This document shows, in pieces, positions 17,174 to 25,421 of a stretch of DNA of 32,000 nucleotides. The stretch is from positions 60,001-92,000 of the forward strand of contig NZ_CP146064.1 in NCBI RefSeq assembly GCF_037013405.1. Direction: 5' to 3'. Within the stretch, counting starts at the first letter, position 1, and every line of letters begins with the position of its first letter. The position numbers and the translations under genes are program-made. The DNA is from Candidatus Nanosynbacter sp. BB002 (GTDB taxonomy: Bacteria > Patescibacteriota > Saccharimonadia > Saccharimonadales > Saccharimonadaceae). The notes beneath the pieces are model-generated. The model saw only the letters and a program-made list of their open reading frames with translations, searched no databases and was not told the DNA's origin.

Positions 17174-17195
17174 GGTTATGTGAGATAGCATAACC
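17174..17195 (+). promoter_or_regulatory. Hairpin in the rpsF 5' leader; candidate S6:S18 autoregulatory element
   Basis: ggttatg (17174-17180) pairs with cataacc (17189-17195) around an 8-nt loop, between the putative -10 and the SD of rpsF. Confidence 0.3.
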
Positions 17196-17223
17196 ATCCG
17201 TGAAGGATTCCGAAGGAGGAAAC

Positions 17224-17583
17224 ATGAACGAATACGAACTGACCGTTCTTATTCATCCAGATTTGGAAGCAAATTTGGACGCGGCGCTGGACAAGGTTCG
17301 AGCGTTGATCAAAGACAATGGTGGTGAAATCACCAAAGAAGACAACTGGGGTAAGAAAAAACTGGCTTACCAAATTCGCCGCGAAGATTTCGCAGTGTAT
17401 GTGTACTTTGAGGCAACATTGCCATCAGACGCACCGCGCAAGATTTCAAGCACATTGAACATTACTGACGAAGTATTGCGCTACTTGTTGGTAAAGACTG
17501 ATGAAAAGACCCGTCAGGCATTGGCAGAGCAGCGCGAGCGATCTGAGAAGATGGCTGCTGAAGCTACTGAAGCTGACGCATAA
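17224..17583 (+). CDS. rpsF: 30S ribosomal protein S6
   Basis: MNEYELTVLIHPDLE...WGKKKLAYQI, with GGAGGA SD 5 nt upstream. I prefer ATG 17224 to the track start at 17200. Confidence 0.9.
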   Translation: MNEYELTVLIHPDLEANLDAALDKVRALIKDNGGEITKEDNWGKKKLAYQIRREDFAVYVYFEATLPSDAPRKISSTLNITDEVLRYLLVKTDEKTRQALAEQRERSEKMAAEATEADA

Positions 17584-17632
17584 TTATCGCAAACGATATC
17601 GATAATAAACCTATGACAAGGAGGGTAACACT

Positions 17633-18052
17633 ATGGCACGAAGTATCAATCAAGTCATCTTGATGGGAAGATTGACCCGTGATCCTGAGCAGCGCACAAC
17701 AACGTCAGGTAGGACGGTGGTGAGCTTTTCTATCGCGGTGGATCGCCAAACACAAGATGATCAAGCTGATTTCTTTGATGTCACTGCATGGGAAAAGCTC
17801 GGTGAGTTGGTTATGCAGTACCTATCAAAAGGCCGACGCGTATTGGTACAAGGACGCCTTCGCCAAGACAGCTGGGAAGACAAGGAAACTGGCAAGCGAC
17901 GTTCACGAATTGAAGTGGTTGCTTCTGATGTGACCTTCCTGGATGGGCCAAGTGGTGATACTGCCAGCTCAACGGCAAATATATCAACGAAAGAAGAAGT
18001 AGTGACGGAAATTGACGATAAACCAATTGACTTATCAGAAATTCCGTTCTAA
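17633..18052 (+). CDS. ssb: Single-stranded DNA-binding protein
   Basis: INQVILMGRLTRDPEQRTTTSGRTVVSFSIAV (OB fold), a disordered tail, and the acidic tip DLSEIPF. Confidence 0.93.
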   Translation: MARSINQVILMGRLTRDPEQRTTTSGRTVVSFSIAVDRQTQDDQADFFDVTAWEKLGELVMQYLSKGRRVLVQGRLRQDSWEDKETGKRRSRIEVVASDVTFLDGPSGDTASSTANISTKEEVVTEIDDKPIDLSEIPF

Positions 18053-18064
18053 CAAGGAGTAGAA

Positions 18065-18265
18065 ATGGCTAAACGACAAAAAAAGGATACACCAAGTGTA
18101 TTTGACTACCGAGATGTAAAGACGTTGCAACGATACACCAACGTGTATGGTCAAATTGAATCAATCGCAAAAACTGGCTTGACTGAAAAACAACAGCGAA
18201 GCCTGGCAGTCGCCATCAAACGCGCTCGCCACTTGGCATTGTTGCCATTCGTGACACACGGCTAA
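18065..18265 (+). CDS. rpsR: 30S ribosomal protein S18
   Basis: [19 protein letters not shown]...[26 protein letters not shown], in the conserved rpsF-ssb-rpsR order. Confidence 0.93.
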   Translation: MAKRQKKDTPSVFDYRDVKTLQRYTNVYGQIESIAKTGLTEKQQRSLAVAIKRARHLALLPFVTHG

Positions 18266-18344
18266 TTTGGAACATTTTTCGGCGCACCAAAGTATGTGGT
18301 GGCGCGCCGGCCAACAGTTCTAAAGATGAAATAAAGGAGCAAGG

Positions 18345-18905
18345 ATGTACCAGCCAACAGATTTAAAAAAAGGAACGATTTGCCAAATAGACGGTAAGCC
18401 ATATCGCGTGGTTGAATATGGACAGAAGGTGATGGGCCGCGGCGGATCGATTGTTAATGTGAAGTTGAAAAACTTGATTGACGGCAGTGTTATCCCGAAA
18501 ACCTTCAAGGGGCAAGAGAAGATTGAGTCAGCCGAGGTGACCAATAAAACTGTTCAATATTTGTACCGTGATGGTGAAACATTTTACTTTATGGATCCTG
18601 AAAGCTTTGAACAATTTGAATTGGGTGCAGCAATCGTCGACTCAGCAGCTGACTTTTTGAAGGAGGGTGATTCATTGAGTCTGCAGTTCTTTGATGGACG
18701 AGTCATCAACGTAGAGTTACCAAAAAACCTCTACCTAGAAGTGACATATACTGAAGATGTCGTGAAGGGTGATACGACATCGAGCGTATTGAAAGATGCG
18801 ACACTGGAAACTGGCTTAGTCATCAAGGTGCCAGCATTTATTAAACAAGGGGATATTGTTAATGTCGATACAACGACTGGTGAGTATAGGGAAAGAAAAA
18901 AGTAG
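18345..18905 (+). CDS. efp: Elongation factor P
   Basis: DLKKGTICQIDGKPYRVVEYGQKVMGRGGSIVNVKLKNLIDG, 186 aa, three-domain length, AAGGAG SD. Confidence 0.95.
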   Translation: MYQPTDLKKGTICQIDGKPYRVVEYGQKVMGRGGSIVNVKLKNLIDGSVIPKTFKGQEKIESAEVTNKTVQYLYRDGETFYFMDPESFEQFELGAAIVDSAADFLKEGDSLSLQFFDGRVINVELPKNLYLEVTYTEDVVKGDTTSSVLKDATLETGLVIKVPAFIKQGDIVNVDTTTGEYRERKK

Positions 18906-18954
18906 AGAACTGAGGAAATACCTCACGCTACAGTTGAAGATTATACGTCTTCGA

Positions 18955-20673
18955 ATGCGTCGTTTTTGTAAAAGATGTCATCAAGACTCATCGTTGAGAT
19001 GGGTCTTTTATGGTGGTGCCAGTTTTTGTTTAATCTGTCTGTTGTCTGTGGTTATTCAGATGAGCTTTCCTGGGGATCGCTTGACTAGTAGGGCGTATAT
19101 GATGGGACGGAGTGTTAGCTGGTGGACACGCAATGATATTGAACGGTTGGCGAAGGACAGTGCTCCACAGACACAGCTGCAATTTGTGACAAGAAATGGC
19201 AAGCAGGAAGCTTCTGTAGGCAATTTTGGTGGCACAGTGTGTGGTCGTTGTGTGGCTGATAAAGCGTTGGATTATCCGTGGTGGCAGCGTTTGGTGCCGT
19301 TTAGTTTGTGGTGGCGTTCGGTTGAGGTTACTAATGCCGAGGTAAAATTTGATGAAAGTGCACTGGAAGCAAAGATGGCTGAATATGGTGATAGCTTAAC
19401 ATTGCCGCCCGAAAATGCACGAGTAGAGATTCAGAATGACAAGGTGGTGGTTGTAGCAGAGAAAGTTGGTCGTGAACTGCAAAGTGTTGAGGCGCGTCAG
19501 GCGATAGCTTCGACCCAGTATTCTTTGGGTGACAAGACCGAGGTGCAGATGAAGGGTAAACGTCTGTCTGCCAAGGTGACGGAAAAACAGCTGCAAGAGT
19601 TACGCTCTCGTGTTGAAAAGATTTTGCAGCGAAATATCGCCGTGGAATTTGAAGGTAAGGCAGTCAAAGTTGACAAATCAACCATCGCAAAACTTTTGTC
19701 TTTCATCGAAGATGGACATAATATCCCTAAAATAGCGCTCAATCAGGCGAAACTAACGGAGTTTTTGGAACATTCATTTGGCAAAGTAGTCAATAAACCA
19801 GCTGGTAAAACCGTTATTTATATGCATGACGGCACAGAGACGAAACGTGAGAATGGGGCGCCAGGTCGGGGCATTGATGTCGCGCAAATGACGGCAAAAG
19901 TACAAGAGGTGCTGCTTAGTACAGAGGAAAAAGATAGTAAAATTGCCTTGCTGGCTAAACAGTTGCCTCCGCAGCCGGTATATAAAGAGACGTTTTCTCA
20001 TTCGGCACTGGGGCTGCAGGCTTATGTTAACTCAGTGGCGCGTGATCATGATATTCGCCTGACAGTTAGCCAAGTGTCTGGCGAAAACTGGAGTGCTCAG
20101 GTGCGCGGCAGCGAGTCCAGTGTGTCGGCCAGCACGTACAAATTATATATAGCTATGGTTTTGATGGATAAAATTGATAATAATCAGTTGACTATGAATG
20201 ATAAAATCGGCGGGGTATCTGTGCAAGAATGTATAACGCAGATGATTGTAAACTCAGATAATGCGTGTCCAGAAGCGATTATTGCTCGCTATAAGGCCAG
20301 TGACATAACTGCGTATTTGCGTGAGGGCAAAGGGTTTAAGGATACGTCACTCAGGGGATCGTATGTGATGACGTCGACTAATGATTTGGCGAAGATTTTG
20401 AAGGGAATTGATGACGGCACTTTAGTCAGAGGTAGCCACCGCGACTTCTTGTTGGGCTTGATGCAGCGACAGGTGTATCGTCAGGGTATACCGGCTGGCA
20501 GTGGCGGCATAGTGCAGGACAAGGTTGGTTTTTTGGAAGGCTACCTGAATGATGCGGCTATCGTGACTCATCCAAAGGGTAAATATGTCATGTCAATCAT
20601 CACTAAGGGTCAGTCATGGGGCAAAATAGCCGAGATAACTCGTAAACTTGAGGATATCATGTATGGCGGCTAA
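18955..20673 (+). CDS. Membrane-anchored serine hydrolase with a C-terminal class-A beta-lactamase-like (PBP-like) domain; start codon uncertain
   Basis: TM segment WVFYGGASFCLICLLSVVIQM. The C-terminal domain has S-x-x-K (STYK, nt 20131-20142), SDN (VNSDNACPE) and a K-x-G-like DKVGF. The track start at 18856 overlaps efp by 50 nt, so I prefer the in-frame ATG at 18955. Confidence 0.7.
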   Translation: MRRFCKRCHQDSSLRWVFYGGASFCLICLLSVVIQMSFPGDRLTSRAYMMGRSVSWWTRNDIERLAKDSAPQTQLQFVTRNGKQEASVGNFGGTVCGRCVADKALDYPWWQRLVPFSLWWRSVEVTNAEVKFDESALEAKMAEYGDSLTLPPENARVEIQNDKVVVVAEKVGRELQSVEARQAIASTQYSLGDKTEVQMKGKRLSAKVTEKQLQELRSRVEKILQRNIAVEFEGKAVKVDKSTIAKLLSFIEDGHNIPKIALNQAKLTEFLEHSFGKVVNKPAGKTVIYMHDGTETKRENGAPGRGIDVAQMTAKVQEVLLSTEEKDSKIALLAKQLPPQPVYKETFSHSALGLQAYVNSVARDHDIRLTVSQVSGENWSAQVRGSESSVSASTYKLYIAMVLMDKIDNNQLTMNDKIGGVSVQECITQMIVNSDNACPEAIIARYKASDITAYLREGKGFKDTSLRGSYVMTSTNDLAKILKGIDDGTLVRGSHRDFLLGLMQRQVYRQGIPAGSGGIVQDKVGFLEGYLNDAAIVTHPKGKYVMSIITKGQSWGKIAEITRKLEDIMYGG

Positions 20674-21400
20674 GGGGCGGCTTGATAAAGAACTGGTTGC
20701 TCGAGGGCTGGTTGCTAGCAGGTCGCAGGCCGAAAACTATATTCGCCTCGGTGATGTTGTGGTTGATGGAAAGGTGGTACAAAAGCCAGGTTATATGGTG
20801 GGTGATCAGGCGTTGATTACGTTGTCGCCACGTGAGCGATACGTCAGTCGTGCGGGATTAAAACTAGCGAGTGTCGCTTCAGCTTTGGGTATCACATTTA
20901 CCGACCGTGTTGTGCTGGATGTTGGCAGTAGCACTGGCGGGTTTACTGATTATGCGCTGAAACATGGCGCCAAAAAAGTATATGCGGTTGATGTTGGAAC
21001 GGATCAATTACATCCAGATCTGCGGCGTGACTCAAGGATAGAGTTGCACGAAAAAACTGATATTCGGGATTTTGTGCCAGACGAAGCGCCAGATATTGTG
21101 CTAATCGACGTATCATTCATCAGTTTACGGCAAATTTTACCGAATCTTGCGAGCACTTGTAAGGATACGACGCTGATTGTGGCCATGGTTAAGCCACAGT
21201 TTGAAGCCGCGCGTCAGCAACTGGGTAACAGTGGTGTCATCAAAAATGATACAATTCGGCGGCAGATTTTGCGTGAGTTTGAGGCGTGGTCGGCAAAATT
21301 GTTCGTGACGGTGGACAAAGCTGATAGCGCCGTGGCTGGAGCTCGCGGCAATCGTGAGCGATTTTATGCACTAAAAGTAGCCAAACCAACTACACGTTAA
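20663..21400 (+). CDS. tlyA: TlyA-family rRNA (cytidine-2'-O)-methyltransferase
   Basis: S4-like N-terminus (RLDKELVARGLVASRSQAENYIRLGDVVVDGKVV), SAM motif LDVGSSTGGFTDYAL, and DVSFISL. ATG 20663 overlaps the upstream stop. Confidence 0.85.
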   Translation: MAAKGRLDKELVARGLVASRSQAENYIRLGDVVVDGKVVQKPGYMVGDQALITLSPRERYVSRAGLKLASVASALGITFTDRVVLDVGSSTGGFTDYALKHGAKKVYAVDVGTDQLHPDLRRDSRIELHEKTDIRDFVPDEAPDIVLIDVSFISLRQILPNLASTCKDTTLIVAMVKPQFEAARQQLGNSGVIKNDTIRRQILREFEAWSAKLFVTVDKADSAVAGARGNRERFYALKVAKPTTR

Positions 21401-22469
21401 ATCTAAACTCAACGACATCATCAGGTTGCATGACGTAGGTTTTACCCTCAGTTCGTATTTTGCCAGCAGCGCGGGCGGCAGCTTCAGAACCAGCACTGAC
21501 GAGGTCGTGATAGTCGACCACTTGAGCAGCAATGAAGCCTTTTTCAAAGTCGGTGTGAATAACGCCAGCAGCCTGTGGTGCCGTCCATCCTTTGTGGATA
21601 GTCCAGGCACGAACCTCTTTAGGTCCAGCAGTTAAGTAACTTTGAAGGCCGAGGGTATCATACGCGGCATGAATCAATTGCATGAGTCCGGTTTCCGTGA
21701 CGCCGTAACTTTCCAACAGCTCGGCAGCTTCTGCGGGTGATAGTCCCTTCAGCTCTTCTTCCAGTTTGGCACTCAAAAACAAAGCTTTAGCAGGCGCCAC
21801 CAAGGAAGTCAGCTCTGATTGCAGCGTAGCATCGGTTAGTCCCGCCTCGTCAACATTGAATGCATAAATAACTGGTTTGGCAGTCAGTAGGTGGAGATCT
21901 TGAATCAATTCTGTGTTCAAGTCGGCTATTGAAGATAGCGGTACACCAGACTGCAGTTGTTCTAGTAGTGTTTGTAGATAGGCGACTTCTTCGCGAGTTG
22001 CTGGACGGGCTTTGGCCTCTTTCTGTAACCGTGGCAATCGATTTTCTATGGTTTGAATATCTGCTAAGATTAGCTCAGTGTTGATGATGTCAATGTCAGC
22101 TTTGGGGTTGACTGGTGCTTCATCATGGCGCAAAATGGCGTTATTTTCAAAAGCACGAACCACATGCACAATTGCGTCACATTGCCGGATGTTTGCTAAA
22201 AACTTATTGCCCAAACCCTCACCTTTAGAGGCGCCTGCTACTAACCCGGCGATATCCACAAATGTCACCGTGGCTGGCAGAATTTTCTCTGAGCCGTATA
22301 ATTTTGCTAAAACCTCCAGCCGTTCGTCTGGCACCGGAACAATTCCCGTGTTCGGCTCAATCGTCGCAAAAGGGTAGTTTGCCGCTAAAATATCGTTGTT
22401 TGTTAATGCATTAAAAGTGGTTGACTTGCCAACATTGGGGAGCCCCACGATACCAATAGATAAACTCAT
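21390..22469 (-). CDS. ychF: Ribosome-binding ATPase YchF
   Basis: MSLSIGIVGLPNVGKSTTFNALT (G1), ...VDIAGLV..., and C-terminal TGS-type domain (RAWTIHKGWTAPQAAGVIHTDFEKGFI). Confidence 0.95.
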   Translation of the reverse strand: MSLSIGIVGLPNVGKSTTFNALTNNDILAANYPFATIEPNTGIVPVPDERLEVLAKLYGSEKILPATVTFVDIAGLVAGASKGEGLGNKFLANIRQCDAIVHVVRAFENNAILRHDEAPVNPKADIDIINTELILADIQTIENRLPRLQKEAKARPATREEVAYLQTLLEQLQSGVPLSSIADLNTELIQDLHLLTAKPVIYAFNVDEAGLTDATLQSELTSLVAPAKALFLSAKLEEELKGLSPAEAAELLESYGVTETGLMQLIHAAYDTLGLQSYLTAGPKEVRAWTIHKGWTAPQAAGVIHTDFEKGFIAAQVVDYHDLVSAGSEAAARAAGKIRTEGKTYVMQPDDVVEFRFNV

Positions 22470-22475
22470 GAGCTT

Positions 22476-22484
22476 ATTATACCA
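22476..22484 (-). promoter_or_regulatory. Extended -10 element (TGgTATAAT on the minus strand) 6 nt upstream of the ychF ATG; leaderless architecture
   Basis: The minus strand reads TGGTATAAT-aagctc-ATG and there is no SD. Confidence 0.5.
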
Positions 22485-22494
22485 TCACTGATGG

Positions 22495-22523
22495 TTGCAA
22501 GGATAGCGTAGCTGTATTAGAAT
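22495..22523 (+). promoter_or_regulatory. Consensus-like promoter placed for a leaderless transcript of the 162-aa/784-aa cassette
   Basis: TTGCAA (22495-22500), 17 nt spacer, TAGAAT (22518-22523), 7 nt, then ATG 22531. No SD. Confidence 0.6.
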
Positions 22524-22530
22524 AAGCAGT

Positions 22531-23019
22531 ATGAAGAAAATGATTATATGGGGTATTATATCAGTAGTGGTCGTGGTGGCTATTATCGTCGCCGGCGTAA
22601 AGAGCGGGTTTCTCTACCTGGGTTTTAAACAACCGCAGCAAATAGTAAAGACACCGTATGTGATATGTGGCAAAGATATGATTGACCGGTATAATAAAAT
22701 TCGTCAAGACACCGACTTGTCAGTTGATGAAGCAGCCAAGAAAAAACATGGCGAAGAGATGAAACAGTTTGCCGATGATGTGAAGGCAAAAAAGGATTAT
22801 GACAAGGATCCAACCTGTGCGTTCATGGCCTTGGCGTATCCGTTCTACTATACCCGAGATGCAGCTGCGGCAAAAAGTGGCTATGAAGCCCTTGAAAAAG
22901 CAGTGAACAATTCTGGCGTATATGTAGACCATCGAGTTAATGACATTATTACCCTTGATGCCATAAAGAATATTGTGGGCTCACATGATAAGCAGGGTGA
23001 TCAGAGGCGGGGAGACTAA
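22531..23019 (+). CDS. Hypothetical single-pass membrane protein (162 aa)
   Basis: N-terminal TM segment IIWGIISVVVVVAIIVAGV followed by a charged helical region. Its TAA stop directly abuts the next ATG (23017-23022). No family recognised. Confidence 0.65.
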   Translation: MKKMIIWGIISVVVVVAIIVAGVKSGFLYLGFKQPQQIVKTPYVICGKDMIDRYNKIRQDTDLSVDEAAKKKHGEEMKQFADDVKAKKDYDKDPTCAFMALAYPFYYTRDAAAAKSGYEALEKAVNNSGVYVDHRVNDIITLDAIKNIVGSHDKQGDQRRGD

Positions 23020-25374
23020 ATGAATCGGCGGTGGGCATTCGCTTCGTTGATTCTGGTCGGCGCCATGGCTTCGGCGTTGTGTTTCACAAACGATGCTTAT
23101 GCGGCACGTGCGCCACGTAACAAATCAGAGATAGATGCCTGGAACAAATACTTAGAAAATAAAGTTTGTGGCCAGGGAGCCTTATGGTTTAATGATAAAA
23201 ATGGCAATTATGGCCCCTCGAACGGCTGGGAGCAGGGCTATTATTCAACTGGCGTGCAGGCTGTTGCTCATAATCAAGAATACATCACCATATACCTCCA
23301 TGGATCGGCGGTGATGGGCGGTGAATGTACAGGATTACCATTTTATGCTACACAGATTCAATCACTATCATCAAGGATGACAATTCATGGTACTAACCTC
23401 CTCCGTGGACGTGGTGATGCGAGTGGCTGGACATCAATTGGAGATTCATTGCCAGCAACATTGGACATTAGGAATGTTGCTACGCCTGGTGATCCAAATG
23501 GCCAGGTGCTATATTTAACTTTTTGGCGTTGTGGTGATTTTAGAGAGAATACTTCAATTGGTCGATGTCGAGCAGAAACGTTACCAGTCAGGATAATCCG
23601 CCAGGCTAGCCCATGGCGCGCAGAGGGAGAGAGTTATATTCGTCGTGAAACAGCAGGGAATAACAATGTTGATCGGGATTGGCAGAAAGCAACGTTATTT
23701 GCTAAACCAGGTGAGACTATTGGTTTTACTCACCGACTGGCTATGCGTGACGCAAATGCTAATCAACAAATTCGCCATACCATTAGGGGGCATAATTTGC
23801 CGCGAAGTCCGCACATTAGTGCTTCGGAAGATGCCAGCGTGATTGACTTTGGCTGGTCCAGCCCGCCGTTACGAAGAGATACCTTCATTCAACACTATGG
23901 TCCATACTCTGGCGCAAAGAACCCTTGGAATGTTATGAGATATACCATTAAAGCAAGTGACGCGGGAAAAAATATTTGTCAACGAATTGAATGGGCGCCA
24001 GCTAGTTATACCGGTGGTGTTGCTGGCTCAAACTATGCGTGTGCTGTTGTGCCATATGAATACACTTTGAAGCCATCAATTGATGTGGCTTCAACAACAA
24101 TTATGCTAGGACAAAAGAAGGTCTCTGGAGTACAGGGATCGATATACAATAGCGGACCGACACGCTCTAAGCCAACTCGTAGTGCGGTAGTGCGGTTTGT
24201 GGCAAAGGCAGGTAACACCATTGCTGAATCTGGTGATAATGTAAAGATGTCTATTGAGAATCCATGTGAATTAGCAGCTCACATTGCCGCAAAACATGGC
24301 GTGACAATTTCTGGTGCTTGTAAAGACCTTTACAAAGATGGCTCGGATCGAGACTTTCCAGTCAATCAAACCATGATTCATTCGTCTGACGATGATATCA
24401 ATGGATTGCCGGTCCAGTCGGGCGATAGGGTTTGTTATGCAACGGTAGTTGCTGCTTATAAACAAGAGGTTGGTAAAGAAACGTCATCATACGCTGTGAA
24501 GTGTGTGGTTGTCAGTAAAAAACCAAAAGTTCAGTTCTGGGGTGGCGATGTCAGGGCTGGTGTGTCATTTGGCGGGACGGCAAGTAAGGGGTTGGTGCAA
24601 ACCAGCATGACTATTTTGGACGATAAACGGTACGGATCGTGGGCAGAGTATGGCATTTTGTCGCCACAAAATATCATTTCTGCTTCAGGTGCTGGATTGT
24701 CCGATGGCGGCCCAGCTGGGGGCTTAGCTCGTGAATATAATACCTTGACATTCCGTAACACTAAAACACCATATGGGCAGTTTGGTCGCCTCACAGGATA
24801 CAATTACCCGGCTATCAAAGGAACGGACAGTGGCTCTATAAAGATCGGTGACGGGCAGTTATCTGGTAATGCAGAATACCGTGCAGCGCAAGTAGAGATT
24901 ACTGGCGGCACCGTGAAGACCGGTGTATACATCACGGTATATGGGCGAACGGTGCGAATTACCGGTGATATTACCTATGCAAATGGCCCGCTATCAAGCG
25001 TTGGAGCTATTCCACAACTCATCATTCGAGCAGACCATATCATCATAGAGCCAAATGTGCAGCGTGTCGATGCCTGGTTGCTGGCCAACAAGACTGTCAG
25101 TACCTGTGCTGAAGCCAAGAATGGCAAGGGTTGGCCAGAATCAGATCTGTTAGCAAGTGGGGCTTGCGATAAGCAACAGCTTCGTGTTAACGGACCAATT
25201 GTAACCGGGTCGCTCTATCTGCGGCGCACACATGGTTCTGATCAGACTGATTTTGGTAAACCGGCAGAGATTTTGAACTTGCGACCAGACGCGTATTTAG
25301 CAAATTATGGCCGTTCACGTGATTCGGGTGCCATTCAGACCATGTATTCCCGTGAACTGCCGCCACGTTTTTAA
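23020..25374 (+). CDS. Large secreted protein of unknown function (784 aa) with a Sec signal peptide and 12 Cys in the mature protein
   Basis: MNRRWAFASLILVGAMASALCFTNDAYA|A is a signal peptide. The 12 mature Cys fall into six locally spaced pairs. There is no LPXTG, no C-terminal TM and no catalytic motif that I recognise. C-terminus is SRELPPRF. Confidence 0.75.
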   Translation: MNRRWAFASLILVGAMASALCFTNDAYAARAPRNKSEIDAWNKYLENKVCGQGALWFNDKNGNYGPSNGWEQGYYSTGVQAVAHNQEYITIYLHGSAVMGGECTGLPFYATQIQSLSSRMTIHGTNLLRGRGDASGWTSIGDSLPATLDIRNVATPGDPNGQVLYLTFWRCGDFRENTSIGRCRAETLPVRIIRQASPWRAEGESYIRRETAGNNNVDRDWQKATLFAKPGETIGFTHRLAMRDANANQQIRHTIRGHNLPRSPHISASEDASVIDFGWSSPPLRRDTFIQHYGPYSGAKNPWNVMRYTIKASDAGKNICQRIEWAPASYTGGVAGSNYACAVVPYEYTLKPSIDVASTTIMLGQKKVSGVQGSIYNSGPTRSKPTRSAVVRFVAKAGNTIAESGDNVKMSIENPCELAAHIAAKHGVTISGACKDLYKDGSDRDFPVNQTMIHSSDDDINGLPVQSGDRVCYATVVAAYKQEVGKETSSYAVKCVVVSKKPKVQFWGGDVRAGVSFGGTASKGLVQTSMTILDDKRYGSWAEYGILSPQNIISASGAGLSDGGPAGGLAREYNTLTFRNTKTPYGQFGRLTGYNYPAIKGTDSGSIKIGDGQLSGNAEYRAAQVEITGGTVKTGVYITVYGRTVRITGDITYANGPLSSVGAIPQLIIRADHIIIEPNVQRVDAWLLANKTVSTCAEAKNGKGWPESDLLASGACDKQQLRVNGPIVTGSLYLRRTHGSDQTDFGKPAEILNLRPDAYLANYGRSRDSGAIQTMYSRELPPRF

Positions 25375-25382
25375 CGTTTTGT

Positions 25383-25411
25383 TTTACAAATACAAAAAGC
25401 TTATGTATAAT
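25383..25411 (+). promoter_or_regulatory. Putative promoter of the pil operon
   Basis: TTTACA (25383-25388), 17 nt spacer, TATAAT (25406-25411). ATG 25422 follows 10 nt later. Confidence 0.4.
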
Positions 25412-25421
25412 GAAAGGTGAT

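Noticed and set aside
18266-18344. A GC-rich imperfect hairpin (cggcgcacca...tggtggcgcgccg) lies between rpsR and efp and might be a terminator or small RNA.
   Set aside because: The stem needs a 3-nt bulge and no U-tract follows. The evidence is insufficient for a terminator or ncRNA call.
21390-21400. An 11-nt 3'-end overlap of convergent tlyA and ychF. Convergent ftsK and pheA are only 15 nt apart (16263-16277), and neither junction has a terminator hairpin.
   Set aside because: This is common in compact genomes. It is a real feature but not evidence of a special mechanism.
23400-23420. RGD tripeptides occur in both cassette proteins. The 162-aa protein ends in ...QRRGD, and the 784-aa protein contains LLRGRGDASGW. 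This could suggest integrin-type adhesion motifs.
   Set aside because: Tripeptide matches are weak evidence and there is no supporting context. They may be worth remembering only if the proteins prove to be surface-exposed adhesins.
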